A stretch of DNA of 64,000 bases from Candidatus Eiseniibacteriota bacterium (GTDB lineage: Bacteria > Eisenbacteria > RBG-16-71-46): positions 78,612 to 142,611 of the forward strand of contig JANMQY010000058.1 of assembly GCA_031370785.1 (NCBI GenBank). Direction: 5' to 3'. Below are positions 37,695 to 46,297 of this stretch, in pieces. The first letter of the stretch is position 1. Each line of letters starts with the position of its first letter. A program made the translations under genes and the position numbers. The notes beneath the pieces were generated by a model. That model did no database searches, had not been told where the DNA came from, and saw nothing but the letters and a program-made list of their open reading frames with translations.

Positions 37695-38720
37695 ATGCAA
37701 TCCAAACCCATCGTGCATCCCATTGTCTCGGGCGCTATGCGAATCAAGGATCCCGCCGGGCGTGTCCTGATCGTCGAAGATGACGAGCAGGTTCGCACGC
37801 TCCTCGCCTACCTGCTCGGCCAGAGCGGCTACGCGGCGATCACCGCCGAATCCGGCGAAGAGGCGCTCGAGCGCATGAACGAGTCCGCGCCGGATCTCGT
37901 GCTGCTCGATGTCCATCTCCCCGGGCTCAGCGGCCACGAAATCCTGAGGCAGATCCGCGCGCGCGAGCACGGCCAGCTGCTCCCGGTCGTGATGATGACC
38001 GGCTGGGTGAGCCGCCAGGAAAAGCTGGAGGCGATCGCCGCCGGTGTCACCGACTTCATCGTGAAACCATTCGATCCCGAAGAGATGGTGGCGCGCGTGC
38101 GATCACTGGTGCGGCTCAAGGGTCTGACCGACGTGCTCGAAGAAGCGACCGAGGTGGTCATCGCACTGGCCAAGAGCATCGATGCGCGCGATGCCTACAC
38201 CGCCGGGCACAGCGAACGGGTTTCATTCTTCGCAACCATGCTCGGCGAGCGGGTCGGACTGTCCGAGACCGATCTCAGGGTGGTGCGCGAGGGCGGGCTG
38301 TTCCACGACATCGGGAAGATCGCGATGCGAGACTCGATCCTGCACAAGGGCGGACCGCTCAGCGCCGTCGAGTACGAGGAGATCAAGCGCCATCCGGTGC
38401 TGGGGCGCGACCTGATCGGCCACATGAAGACCCTGGCTCCGACACTGCCGGTGGTCTATCACCATCACGAGCACTGCGACGGATCCGGTTATCCGGATGG
38501 AATCACGGCCGAGGCCATTCCGCTCATGGCGCGCATCACCTCGGTGGCCGACATCTACGACGGCATGACCTCGCAGCGTCCCTACCGGCGCGCGATGCAG
38601 CGCGACGAAGCGATCGGGATCATGCGTGGCGAGGTAAAGAAGGGGTGGTGGGATCCGGAGCTCGTGGACGAGTTCTGCGGCATGATGGGGGAGATGACCG
38701 AGGCGCATATCGTCGGCTGA
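37695..38720 (+). CDS. Response regulator with HD-GYP phosphodiesterase output domain (RpfG-like)
   Basis: A REC domain (LIVEDDE..LLDVHLP) is followed by HD-GYP motifs (HSERV, HHHEHCDGSGYP). Confidence 0.88.
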   Translation: MQSKPIVHPIVSGAMRIKDPAGRVLIVEDDEQVRTLLAYLLGQSGYAAITAESGEEALERMNESAPDLVLLDVHLPGLSGHEILRQIRAREHGQLLPVVMMTGWVSRQEKLEAIAAGVTDFIVKPFDPEEMVARVRSLVRLKGLTDVLEEATEVVIALAKSIDARDAYTAGHSERVSFFATMLGERVGLSETDLRVVREGGLFHDIGKIAMRDSILHKGGPLSAVEYEEIKRHPVLGRDLIGHMKTLAPTLPVVYHHHEHCDGSGYPDGITAEAIPLMARITSVADIYDGMTSQRPYRRAMQRDEAIGIMRGEVKKGWWDPELVDEFCGMMGEMTEAHIVG

Positions 38721-38777
38721 GCTCCTGGGGCGTGAAGCAGGCGGCGCGGGAGGCAGGCCCGGATCGTGAATGAGAAT

Positions 38778-38809
38778 CGGGCGGGCGCATTCTGGCGCCG
38801 GCCTTTTTT
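38778..38809 (+). terminator. Probable rho-independent terminator of the ccm/RR operon
   Basis: A GC-rich imperfect stem (CGGGCGGGCGC .. GCGCCGGCC) is followed by TTTTTTC. Confidence 0.45.
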
Positions 38810-38822
38810 CTTGCTTGGCGTG

Positions 38823-38836
38823 TGCACGTTTGTGCA
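38823..38836 (+). promoter_or_regulatory. Candidate LexA/SOS operator (Fibrobacter-type TGCNC-N4-GNGCA-like palindrome)
   Basis: The sequence TGCAC-GTTT-GTGCA lies 30 bp upstream of the small ORF that precedes dinB. It also reads as a direct repeat TGTGCA-N4-TGTGCA. Confidence 0.3.
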
Positions 38837-38865
38837 GTAGGCTGCGTCGTGGTGCCGGAACCTTC

Positions 38866-39114
38866 ATGTTCGAATCGCTCAACGATCCCGTGGACGTGCT
38901 GACCGCATTCGTCGAGGGCAGGGTGGAGCCTCTGCGCTTTCGCTGGAAAGGGCGGGTGGTGCGCGTGACCCGGATCACCGGACGCTGGACAAGGCGGGAA
39001 GGCCAGGCCCGGATCCAGTGCTTCGCGGTCGAGAACTCCGCGGCGGACAGCTACGAGCTGTGCTACGACCCGCGCGGTCAGCGCTGGCTGCTGAGCCGGG
39101 CATGGATGAAGTGA
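38866..39114 (+). CDS. Hypothetical small protein (82 aa) upstream of dinB
   Basis: An ATG ORF downstream of the terminator and the candidate operator ends 16 bp before dinB. No homology was recognised. Confidence 0.45.
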   Translation: MFESLNDPVDVLTAFVEGRVEPLRFRWKGRVVRVTRITGRWTRREGQARIQCFAVENSAADSYELCYDPRGQRWLLSRAWMK

Positions 39115-39130
39115 GGGAGGAGCGCGCGCG

Positions 39131-40363
39131 ATGATCCTGCTGGTGGACATGGATGCGTTCTTTGCATCGGTCGAGCAGGCGCACCATCCGCAGCTGCGCG
39201 GACGCCCGCTGATCGTGTGCGGAGATCCTTCGCGACGCGGAGTGGTGACCGCGGCTTCCTACGAAGCGCGACCGTTCGGGGTGCGCGCCGGAATGCCGCT
39301 CGCCGAAGCGCGCCGGCTCTGCCCGGACGCCGAATACGTGGAGGGAAATCCCGAGAAGTACGTCGCGCTCTCGCTGCGCCTGCTCGACCTGTACCTCACC
39401 TTCACGCCCGATGTCGAGCCGTTCAGCGTAGACGAGGCGTTCGTGGGGCTCGACCGGCGGCTCTCGCTCGAGGAAGCGTCCACGGTCGCGCGCCGCATCC
39501 AGAAGGAGATCGACGAACGCTTTCAGCTCGGCGCCTCGATTGGCGTCGGCCCCAACAAACTGATCGCCAAGATGGCCTCGGGAGTGAACAAGCCGCGTGG
39601 TCTGACCGCGCTCGATGAGGATGGATTCTGTCGCGCGTTCTGGTCGCGCGACGTGCAGGAGATGTGGGGTGTGGGACCCAGGCTCGCCGAGCGCATGCGG
39701 TCACTCGGGATCGAGACCGTCGGCGGACTGGCCCACGCCCCCGAAGTGACGCTCAAGGCTGCCTTCGGCGTGATCGGTCCGCAACTGCGCAAGGCGGCGT
39801 GGGGGCGCGACGACACGCCGCTCGTGCCCTACACCCAAGGCGTCGACGCGAAATCCACGGGTCACGAGGTCACGCTCGAGCGCGACAGCCGCGATCCCAC
39901 GTTCCTCGATGGGACTCTTCTTCGGCTCTCGGACCAGGTCGGGAGGCGCCTGAGGGGGGAAGGCTATGTCGGGCGCACCGTGACCCTCAAGCTGCGCAAC
40001 GAGAAATTCGAAACCATCACCCGGCAGCGCGCACTGGCCGGGTCCACCGCGGACCACCAGCGCATCTACGAGGTCGCGCGCGCGCTCTTCGCCGAGTACT
40101 GGCGTGGCGATGCGGTGCGCCTGATCGGAGTGAGCGTGTCGAGCCTCGCGCGATCGGGCGGCGCCGATCAGGTCGAGCTGTTCGAGGGCGATCGGCGCGA
40201 TCGAAAGCTGACCGAAGCGCTGGATGGCATCCGCGACCGGCTGGGCGAAGCGAGCGTGGTTCCCGCCGGATCGCTCACTCATCGCCACGAACTCGGCCAC
40301 GTGCCGTTCGGAGCGCTGTCGGGAGCGGTCGCGATTCGCTCACGCAAGCGTCCTGTCCGATGA
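39131..40363 (+). CDS. dinB: DNA polymerase IV (Y-family)
   Basis: It has the N-terminal motif MILLVDMDAFFASVE and the UmuC/DinB fold. Confidence 0.92.
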   Translation: MILLVDMDAFFASVEQAHHPQLRGRPLIVCGDPSRRGVVTAASYEARPFGVRAGMPLAEARRLCPDAEYVEGNPEKYVALSLRLLDLYLTFTPDVEPFSVDEAFVGLDRRLSLEEASTVARRIQKEIDERFQLGASIGVGPNKLIAKMASGVNKPRGLTALDEDGFCRAFWSRDVQEMWGVGPRLAERMRSLGIETVGGLAHAPEVTLKAAFGVIGPQLRKAAWGRDDTPLVPYTQGVDAKSTGHEVTLERDSRDPTFLDGTLLRLSDQVGRRLRGEGYVGRTVTLKLRNEKFETITRQRALAGSTADHQRIYEVARALFAEYWRGDAVRLIGVSVSSLARSGGADQVELFEGDRRDRKLTEALDGIRDRLGEASVVPAGSLTHRHELGHVPFGALSGAVAIRSRKRPVR

Positions 40364-41214
40364 GCGAGGTCTCGGCCGAGCGCGGCGGGGTCACGCCACA
40401 GCCTCGAGAAGCCCGGATCCGGATCGGCACCTCGGGCTATTCGTTTCCCGACTGGGTCGGTCCGTTCTATCCGCCCGGCACGCGCTCCGGCGATTTTCTC
40501 GCCTGGTACGCGCGCCACTTCGATATCGTCGAAATCAATTCCACGTACTACGGCATTCCACACCCGCGCGTGCTCGAGCAGATGGAGCGGAAGACTCCCG
40601 ATCACTTCCGCTTCATCGCCAAGCTGCACCGCTCCATGACCCACGAGTCGAGCCTGGTTCCCTCCGCGGTCACGGAATTCCGCGCCGCTCTCGAGCCGCT
40701 GCGGGCCGCGCGCAAGCTGGATGGTCTGCTCGCCCAGTTCCCGTGGGCTTTCCGGCGAACTCCTCAGGCGCTGTCCCATCTCGAACGGCTGCGCGATGCC
40801 CTGCCCGGGGACCCGCTGTTCGTGGAGTTCCGTCACGATTCGTGGAACACCCCGGATCTCGCCCAGGTGCTGCGCGAACGTTTCCTCGGATACTGCGCGG
40901 TGGATGAGCCCAGCCTGCTTGGCCTGATGCCGCCGATCGCTCCGCTCACCGCCGATGACGCCTACGTCCGCTTCCACGGGCGCAACGCGAAGAACTGGTG
41001 GGCGTCGGGCGGACCGCGCGAGCGCGGCTCCGGCGATCGCTACGACTGGGAGTACACCGCCGCCGAGCTCGGCGAATGGGTGGAGAAGATCGCGGAGCTG
41101 TCGCGCAAGGCGCGGAGCACCTACCTGTTCTTCAACAACTGTCACGCCGGGCAGGCCGCACGCAGCGCGAAGCTCATGCAGGAGATGCTGCGCCAGCAGG
41201 GCCTTCCGGCGTGA
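40360..41214 (+). CDS. DUF72 (YecE-like) family protein
   Basis: DUF72 motifs are present (GTSGYSFPDW, YYG). The start overlaps the dinB stop as ATGA. Confidence 0.85.
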   Translation: MSEVSAERGGVTPQPREARIRIGTSGYSFPDWVGPFYPPGTRSGDFLAWYARHFDIVEINSTYYGIPHPRVLEQMERKTPDHFRFIAKLHRSMTHESSLVPSAVTEFRAALEPLRAARKLDGLLAQFPWAFRRTPQALSHLERLRDALPGDPLFVEFRHDSWNTPDLAQVLRERFLGYCAVDEPSLLGLMPPIAPLTADDAYVRFHGRNAKNWWASGGPRERGSGDRYDWEYTAAELGEWVEKIAELSRKARSTYLFFNNCHAGQAARSAKLMQEMLRQQGLPA

Positions 41215-41314
41215 CCGCGCGCGGCGCAGCGGGAGTTGCCGGTCGCGCGGGTCCTCGGCTAGTTTCCCTGGAGGAGTGCCGTACCGCCGCCTGTCCACTG
41301 GAGACCGACAGTCC

Positions 41315-41764
41315 ATGAGCGAAGCCCCGCGTCCGCCCGCCTTCATCACCGCCCCACCCCGGCGCGTGCTCTTCCTGTGCGTGCACAACTCGGCGCGCAG
41401 CCAGATGGCCGAAGGCTTCGCGCGCGCCATGGCTCCGCCCGATTCCGCGGTCTGGAGTGCGGGCAGCGAGCCGGCGAAGGTGCATCCGCTCGCGATCGAG
41501 GTGATGAAGGAGGCGGGCATCGACATCAGCGCCCAGCGCTCGCAACGGATCGACGAGGTGCCGTGGCGCGAGGCGGACACGGTGGTCACGCTGTGCGGCG
41601 AGGCGGAGCAGGCCTGCCCGGCGGTGTCGGGCGAAGTGCGCCGTGCGTACTGGCCGCTGCCGGATCCGGCCGCCGCGCCCGAGAAGGACCGGCTCGCGGC
41701 GTTCCGCGAAACCCGCGACGAGATCCGCTGGCGGGTCTCCTCGCTGTGGCCGCGCGGAGACTAG
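41315..41764 (+). CDS. arsC: Arsenate reductase / LMW protein-tyrosine-phosphatase family (thioredoxin-coupled ArsC type)
   Basis: It has the CVHNSARSQMAE P-loop motif of the LMW-PTP family and further Cys residues. Confidence 0.85.
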   Translation: MSEAPRPPAFITAPPRRVLFLCVHNSARSQMAEGFARAMAPPDSAVWSAGSEPAKVHPLAIEVMKEAGIDISAQRSQRIDEVPWREADTVVTLCGEAEQACPAVSGEVRRAYWPLPDPAAAPEKDRLAAFRETRDEIRWRVSSLWPRGD

Positions 41765-42858
41765 GCTTGCCCTGAGCGCGGCGTCCGTTCGTATGGCGCG
41801 GGCTGGCCCTGTGCCGGGACTCCCGAGCGCGTGCGGCGCTCCGCGGTGATCGCCGGATTGGCGCCCTGGACGAAGGTCTCGCACTCGCGCACGTCCTCGG
41901 CGCTGCCGAGGAACAAGGGGGTGCGTTCGTGGAGCGTTCCGGGAACGATCTCGAGGATGCGCCGGTAGCCGTCGCAGGCCGCACCGCCCGCCTCCTCGAC
42001 GATCAGCGCGAGCGGCGCGGCCTCGTACAGCACGCGCAGCTTGCCGCGCGGGTTCTTGAAATCGCCCGGGTAGAGAAAGATCCCGCCGTACAGAAGGTTG
42101 CGGTGGAAGTCGGCGACCAGTGATCCCACGTAGCGCGAGCTGTACGGCCGGTTGGTCGCGGTGTCGTCCATCTTGAGATAGTCGACGTAGCGCTTGACGC
42201 CTTCCGACCACTGCGTGTAGTTGCCTTCGTTCACGCTGTAGATGTGGCCGCGCAAGGGCGTCCGGATGTCCGGGTGCGAGAGCAGGTACTCGCCGATGCT
42301 GGGCTCGTAGGTGAAGCCGTGCACGCCGTGCCCGGTGGTGTAGACCAGCATGGTGCTCGACCCGTACATCACGTAGCCCGCACACAGCTGGCGATCTCCA
42401 GCCTGCAGGCAGTCGGTGAGCGTGCCGCCGCCCTTGCGCGTGATTCGTGGCAGCACCGAGAAGATGGTTCCGATGTTGACGTTGGCGTTGATGTTCGAGG
42501 AGCCGTCGAGCGGATCGAAGTTGACGACGTACTTGCCGACCGGCTGTCCCTCCGGGACCGGGATGACGTTCTCGTCCTCCTCGGATGCCAGAACCGCCAG
42601 CTGCCCGGTCGAGCTGAGCACGCGATACAGCGTCTGGTGCGCGAACACATCCAGCTTCTGCACCTTCTCGCCGTGCACGTTCTGGGATCCGGTGTAGCCG
42701 AGCACATCGACCAGTCCGGCCCGGATGACCTCGCGGTTGATCATCTTCGAAGCCAGTGCGATATCCATCAGCACGCTCGTGAACTCGCCGGTCGCCTCCG
42801 GATGCTTGCGCTCCTCCTGTTCGAGGAACTGCGACAGCGTGATCGCGCGGCTGTACAT
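41761..42858 (-). CDS. fbp: Fructose-1,6-bisphosphatase class 1
   Basis: FBPase motifs are present (EEDE, DPLDGSSN, GKLRVLYE). The start at 42858 is followed by an approximately 35-aa C-terminal tail. Confidence 0.88.
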   Translation of the reverse strand: MYSRAITLSQFLEQEERKHPEATGEFTSVLMDIALASKMINREVIRAGLVDVLGYTGSQNVHGEKVQKLDVFAHQTLYRVLSSTGQLAVLASEEDENVIPVPEGQPVGKYVVNFDPLDGSSNINANVNIGTIFSVLPRITRKGGGTLTDCLQAGDRQLCAGYVMYGSSTMLVYTTGHGVHGFTYEPSIGEYLLSHPDIRTPLRGHIYSVNEGNYTQWSEGVKRYVDYLKMDDTATNRPYSSRYVGSLVADFHRNLLYGGIFLYPGDFKNPRGKLRVLYEAAPLALIVEEAGGAACDGYRRILEIVPGTLHERTPLFLGSAEDVRECETFVQGANPAITAERRTRSGVPAQGQPAPYERTPRSGQA

Positions 42859-42866
42859 GGGGCTCC

Positions 42867-44261
42867 CTAGTCCGAGAGACCCGAGACGTCCTCGGGGCCC
42901 TGCATCGCGGTAACCCCCGCGCCTGGGTTCGGGAACGAGCCCGGCACGAACGGCGCGTATTTCTCTGCGAGCGCGCGGGTTCCGGCGGCGCGCAGCTTCT
43001 GGATCAGGAAGTGGAACTTGTTCTCGAGCGACTGGCCGATCGCGGCGCGCACCGAAGGCGCCATTCCCCACAGCTCACGCTTGTAGGCTCCGAGCGCCTT
43101 CTTCCGTGTCTTGTAGAAGAACTGCTCGTCGCTGTCGGTGCTCTTGCGCTCGGCGGCCTCGGTGACACGCAGCTTCTGGTAGATCTCGCGCTTGAGGTCA
43201 GCGGGGAAGGAGGGATGATCGAAGATCATGTTCTGGAACTCGGTGGCCAGGTGGATCTCGCACGCCCCCAGCGCCGGGAAGCGATCGAAGAGCTCGGCCG
43301 GCAGCGTCGATGCGCCGTGCTGAACCGCTCCCGCCATCCCGTAGGCCTCGCGCGCCAGTTTCGAGAGCGTCTCGAGCGCCGCGAAATCGATCTGGACCTG
43401 AGCGATCGAGCCGTCGGGAAGCGGAACGCCGCCGTGTGAGGTGCCGGTCTGGATCGAGATCTTGCTCAGGCCCGCCACGCCCGGCGCGAGCCTGCTCGAC
43501 TCCGCGCGGTACACCTTCATGAACGCGTGCAGCTCCTCGGGCGTGGAGTTCCGGCTGCCCACCTCGCCGATCTCGCCGCCCACCGAGATGGTGACGCCGT
43601 GCGGTTGCTGGCCGCGGATGAACGCGGTCAGCTCGGCGCAGCGCTCGCCGTTGGCGGCCTGCTGCGCCTCGTGCCCCTCCTTCGACAGGTCGACCAGGGT
43701 CGAGGTGTCGACGTCGATGTTGTAGAAGCCGGCGTGGATCGCCTCCGCGGTGAGATCCTTCACCGCCTTGAGCTCGGGCGCCGGATCCGACAGGAACTTC
43801 TTCGCATTGATCTGGAAGTGGTCGCCCTGCACGAACACCGGGCCCTTCCACTTCTCGCGCAGCGCAGCGGCCAGCACCACGAAGGTGTACTCGGCGGGGC
43901 GCTGGTCGGTGTAGCTGATCTCGGAGCGCGCGATCTCGCAGATCACCGCTCCGGCGTCCAGCGCGCGCCTCGCGCGGAACAGCGCGCGCGCGGTGTCGTA
44001 GCTCATGCCGCGGATGTTGAACGCCGGCACGGTGAAGTCGTGCGGCGCCTCGCCCCGGCCGCGTGCGAGGTAGAGCTCGTTGATCGAAGCCGGATAGATC
44101 CCCTGGGATTGCGCCTGCCCGAGCACGGCGGCGCGCGCCGATTCACGCACCTCCGCCTCGCCGAATACGCCAGTCCATACCAGCCGATCGAGCGCGTCGC
44201 CGTTGCCGCTCGCGAGCGCCGCGACGGCGTGACGCAGGTCATCCAGACTCTTGAGTTCCAT
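42867..44261 (-). CDS. Class II fructose-bisphosphate aldolase family protein (long form, 464 aa)
   Basis: It has class II aldolase-like metal-ligand motifs (VFVQGDHFQ, GTSHGG, HGAS). It lies 8 bp upstream of fbp on the same strand. Confidence 0.7.
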   Translation of the reverse strand: MELKSLDDLRHAVAALASGNGDALDRLVWTGVFGEAEVRESARAAVLGQAQSQGIYPASINELYLARGRGEAPHDFTVPAFNIRGMSYDTARALFRARRALDAGAVICEIARSEISYTDQRPAEYTFVVLAAALREKWKGPVFVQGDHFQINAKKFLSDPAPELKAVKDLTAEAIHAGFYNIDVDTSTLVDLSKEGHEAQQAANGERCAELTAFIRGQQPHGVTISVGGEIGEVGSRNSTPEELHAFMKVYRAESSRLAPGVAGLSKISIQTGTSHGGVPLPDGSIAQVQIDFAALETLSKLAREAYGMAGAVQHGASTLPAELFDRFPALGACEIHLATEFQNMIFDHPSFPADLKREIYQKLRVTEAAERKSTDSDEQFFYKTRKKALGAYKRELWGMAPSVRAAIGQSLENKFHFLIQKLRAAGTRALAEKYAPFVPGSFPNPGAGVTAMQGPEDVSGLSD

Positions 44262-44404
44262 TGGGTTTCGCGGGCTCCCAGGCGCACCGTGCTGCGCCCT
44301 GCGAGGGGGTCGTGGGATGTACGGAAGGCGTTCGGAGTATAGCCCGGCGCGCGGGCTTGGGACCAGTCCCTCGAGCAGACTGACTGCGTTGCCTTCGCAG
44401 CTTC

Positions 44405-45658
44405 CTACTCGGCAGCGACCCCGAGCGCGGTGATGCCGTCCGCGACCTTGCGCAGCTCCGGGAAGCGCGCCGGATCGAAACTCGCGATCGCCGGTGCGGT
44501 GCGAAACGCGAGCAGGCGCGCCAGGTCGAGCGTGCACGCCGCGGCCATGCCCATGCCGTGGCCGGTGTATCCGGCGCACAGGGCCAGGTGATGATCGGCG
44601 TCGAGCCACCCCACCAGCGGCCGGCCGTCACGCGCGAACGCCATGGTCCCGGCCCAGCGGTATTCGATCGCCGCGCCCTCGGGCACGAGCTCGGCGAGTC
44701 CCTTCTCGATGCCCTGCTGGATGTGCGGGGTGGGCTCGATGTCGAACCCGACCTCGTGGTCGGGATCGAGGTCGCGCCAGCCGCCGATCACGAGCCGTCC
44801 GTCTTTGGTTTGCCGCCAGTACTGGTAGCCCCAGTGCGCGTAGGTCGGATGCGGTGCGACCGTGCGCGTGAGCGGAGCGGTCGCCAGCATCTGGCCGCGG
44901 CGCGGCGCGATCAAGGGCTCCAGCGCGGGCACGAGCTTCGGTGCCTGCGCATTGTTGGCGAGCACCAGGGTGCGGGCCTTGACTGTTCCCGTGGCGGTGC
45001 GCGCCTCCCACTCTCCGCCGCGCCAGCTCGCGCCCTCGATCGGTGAGCGCGCGTAGATCTTCGCGCCGAGCTCGATCGCGGCGCGCGCGAGGCCGATCAG
45101 GAAGCGCACCGGGTGGAGCTCGCCGTCCTCCTCGGTGAAGAACGCGGCGACGAAGCGGTCGTGTGTCCCGCCGGGCAGAGCATCGGCAGGCTGCACTTCG
45201 ACCGACTGGAATCCGTCGGCGCGCATCAACGGCAGCGAGGCGCGCTGCTCTTCGGCCTCGTCCTCGGTTCGCGCCAGGCGCATGCTGCCGAGCCCGCGGT
45301 AGTCGCACTCGATCTCCAGCGTCTCGATCAGCTCGCGGACGCGCTGGTGGGAGCGGCGTCCGGTTTCCAGCACCGCGCGGGCGCCATCGCGGCCCCACAG
45401 CGCGACCGCCTCGGTATAGGGCTCGGCCGGCGCCACCAGCAGGAATCCAGCATTGCGTCCGCTCGCCGCGCCCGCCGGGATTCCGGATTCGAGCACGGCC
45501 ACCGATGCGCCCTGCTGTGCGAGCGTGTAGGCAAGGGTCAGTCCGGTGATGCCGCCGCCGACGATCAGCGTCTCGGTTTCGAGCTCGCCTTCGAAGCTCG
45601 GAAACTCGGGGCCGGGTTCGGTCCACCACAGCGGCAAAGATGACGAGCGGGGTTCCAT
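44405..45658 (-). CDS. FAD-dependent oxidoreductase (DAO family)
   Basis: It has an N-terminal FAD-binding GxGxxG motif (IVGGGITGLTLA). Confidence 0.8.
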   Translation of the reverse strand: MEPRSSSLPLWWTEPGPEFPSFEGELETETLIVGGGITGLTLAYTLAQQGASVAVLESGIPAGAASGRNAGFLLVAPAEPYTEAVALWGRDGARAVLETGRRSHQRVRELIETLEIECDYRGLGSMRLARTEDEAEEQRASLPLMRADGFQSVEVQPADALPGGTHDRFVAAFFTEEDGELHPVRFLIGLARAAIELGAKIYARSPIEGASWRGGEWEARTATGTVKARTLVLANNAQAPKLVPALEPLIAPRRGQMLATAPLTRTVAPHPTYAHWGYQYWRQTKDGRLVIGGWRDLDPDHEVGFDIEPTPHIQQGIEKGLAELVPEGAAIEYRWAGTMAFARDGRPLVGWLDADHHLALCAGYTGHGMGMAAACTLDLARLLAFRTAPAIASFDPARFPELRKVADGITALGVAAE

Positions 45659-45717
45659 GTGCGCGTATCATGCCCTGCGCGACTCTCCGCGACAAGCGCA
45701 TCACACCGCGCATCGGT

Positions 45718-45746
45718 TGACAGTCCGAGATGAAGGGGCTTCAATC
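45718..45746 (+). promoter_or_regulatory. Candidate sigma70-like promoter for the coxS operon
   Basis: TTGACA is followed by 17 bp and then TTCAAT, about 35 bp upstream of the coxS start in a divergent intergenic region. Confidence 0.3.
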
Positions 45747-45781
45747 GCGGCGGTCGTTCCATTCTTCAATGCACGTGAAAC

Positions 45782-46297
45782 ATGGGAGCTCCGGTGAACC
45801 CTCCTGCCCAGGTGGTGTGCCGTTTCCAGGTGAATGGCGACGTGCGCGAATGCGCGGTCGCGCCCAACACCACCCTGCTCGAAGCGCTCCGCTACGGACT
45901 CGGGCTGACCGGCTCCAAGCAGGGCTGCGACAAGGGCGATTGCGGCGCCTGCACCGTGGTGATGGACGGCGCGCCGGTGCTGGCCTGCATCACGCTGGCG
46001 CTGGCCTGCGAAGGCCGCCTGATCACCACCGTGGAGGGGCTGGCCCACGGAGCGACGCCCCACCCGCTGCAGGACGCCTTCGATGTGTGCGGCGGGGCGC
46101 AGTGCGGCTTCTGCACCCCGGGCGTGCTGATGAGCGCGTGGGCGCTGCTCGAGCACAATCCCAGCCCGACCCGCGCCGAGATCGCGCTGGCGCTCTCGGG
46201 AAACCTGTGTCGCTGCACCGGCTACACCAAGATCTTCGAAGCCGTCGAGCTGGCCGCGACGCGCCGGAGCGTCGCGACCGCGGACGGGAAGTCATGA
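45782..46297 (+). CDS. Molybdenum hydroxylase small subunit, [2Fe-2S]-binding (CoxS/XdhC-small-like)
   Basis: It has two 2Fe-2S Cys clusters (CDKGDCGACTV and CGFCTPG..CRCTGY). Confidence 0.9.
   Translation: MGAPVNPPAQVVCRFQVNGDVRECAVAPNTTLLEALRYGLGLTGSKQGCDKGDCGACTVVMDGAPVLACITLALACEGRLITTVEGLAHGATPHPLQDAFDVCGGAQCGFCTPGVLMSAWALLEHNPSPTRAEIALALSGNLCRCTGYTKIFEAVELAATRRSVATADGKS

Noticed and set aside
35285-37798. 837-aa minus-strand and 745-aa plus-strand alternate-frame ORFs across ccmF
   Set aside because: ccmF is clearly encoded in the 35321 frame. The other frames are Arg-rich noise.
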